Shown one piece after another: positions 63,839-64,000 of a stretch of DNA of 64,000 bases. Source of the stretch: Syntrophomonadaceae bacterium. Its GTDB lineage: Bacteria > Bacillota > Syntrophomonadia > Syntrophomonadales > Syntrophomonadaceae. Each line of letters begins with the position of its first letter. Positions within the stretch are counted from its first letter, which is position 1. The translations under genes and the position numbers were made by a program. The notes under the pieces were generated by a model. It worked only from the letters and a program-made list of their open reading frames with translations, searched no databases and was not told the origin of the DNA. The stretch is taken from positions 19,618 to 83,617 of the forward strand of contig JBEHWI010000011.1 of the NCBI GenBank assembly GCA_040217815.1. The letters are read 5' to 3'.

Positions 63839-64000
63839 CTACTCTCCTACGGCCACAGTAGACACACCCAGAGCCTTGTGTCCCCAGAGCACTTTCTTTA
63901 CTATTTCCGTCTGGTCAGCGCGGCATTCAATTAAAAAAACCAGTGGTCCTGATGCGCCACGGCTTCGGTTTCGGGAATGCCGTTTCGAACCCAGTAAATA
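63839..64000 (-). CDS. 3' end of a gene running off the window (unknown product)
   Basis: The open frame from the window edge ends '...GPLVFLIECRADQTEIVKKVLWGHKALGVSTVAVGE*'. The stop lies just upstream of the SD for the next gene. Confidence 0.4.
   Translation of the reverse strand, partial: YLLGSKRHSRNRSRGASGPLVFLIECRADQTEIVKKVLWGHKALGVSTVAVGE

Overview
By eye this is a roughly 48-50% GC chromosomal window with strong GGAGG-type Shine-Dalgarno sites. It most likely comes from an anaerobic, spore-forming Firmicute, perhaps Peptococcaceae or Desulfotomaculum-like. That placement is an inference from gene content: SLH-anchored surface proteins, several secreted proteins with copper-amine-oxidase N-terminal 'stalk' domains, desulfoferrodoxin plus a flavodiiron protein, a sigma-54 enhancer-binding protein, and a KinA-like multi-PAS kinase.

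I saw no rRNA, tRNA, CRISPR array, transposase or integrase.

Gene content in order:
- SAM-methyltransferase, a rifampicin-phosphotransferase-like PEP-utilising enzyme, and an AraC regulator.
- Two tandem paralogous secreted stalk-domain proteins.
- A dfx plus multidomain flavodiiron (FDP-Rd-NROR-Rd) oxidative-stress pair, followed by a ~200-bp nested palindromic MITE-like element.
- MerR, an ICMT-like methyltransferase, and a DUF1992 protein.
- A 760-aa secreted protein with a threefold uncharacterised repeat.
- A low-GC decay island (about 15.7-18.1 kb) with gene fragments and orphan ORFs.
- DUF421, argC, RDD and DUF2284 genes.
- A PF04392-type ABC importer behind a ~330-nt leader.
- DUF1697, and a secreted stalk/DUF1266/MORN protein.
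- ldh and a transglutaminase-like protein.
- A CBS-PAS-PAS sigma-54 activator next to a near-consensus -24/-12 promoter that drives a 64-aa Com-like zinc-ribbon gene.
- PadR, ackA, and a second paralogous methyltransferase.
- An orphan PAS histidine kinase.
- A polytopic membrane LuxR-type regulator, divergent from a 2105-aa SLH-anchored giant surface protein.
- A glucosaminidase and further gene fragments.
- An orphan TerB-like/BRCT protein.
- A NarL-type two-component system plus an unknown membrane-anchored protein.
- DUF4180 behind a perfect 13-bp palindrome.
- A two-subunit Fe-S fumarate/tartrate hydro-lyase.
- An unusual protein with two tandem nitrilase-like (CN-hydrolase) domains.
- A YitJ-type homocysteine methyltransferase/MTHFR fusion.
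- A decayed DUF3231 pseudogene.
- An ABC-2 exporter and a CBO0543-like membrane protein.

The most interesting candidates are the sigma-54 EBP -> Com-like zinc-ribbon module with its repeated TTGTTGAGA sites, the tandem CN-hydrolase protein, the membrane-LuxR/giant SLH protein pair, the MITE-like palindromic element, and the TerB-like/BRCT orphan.

All family assignments come from motif recognition by eye. None was confirmed by a database search.
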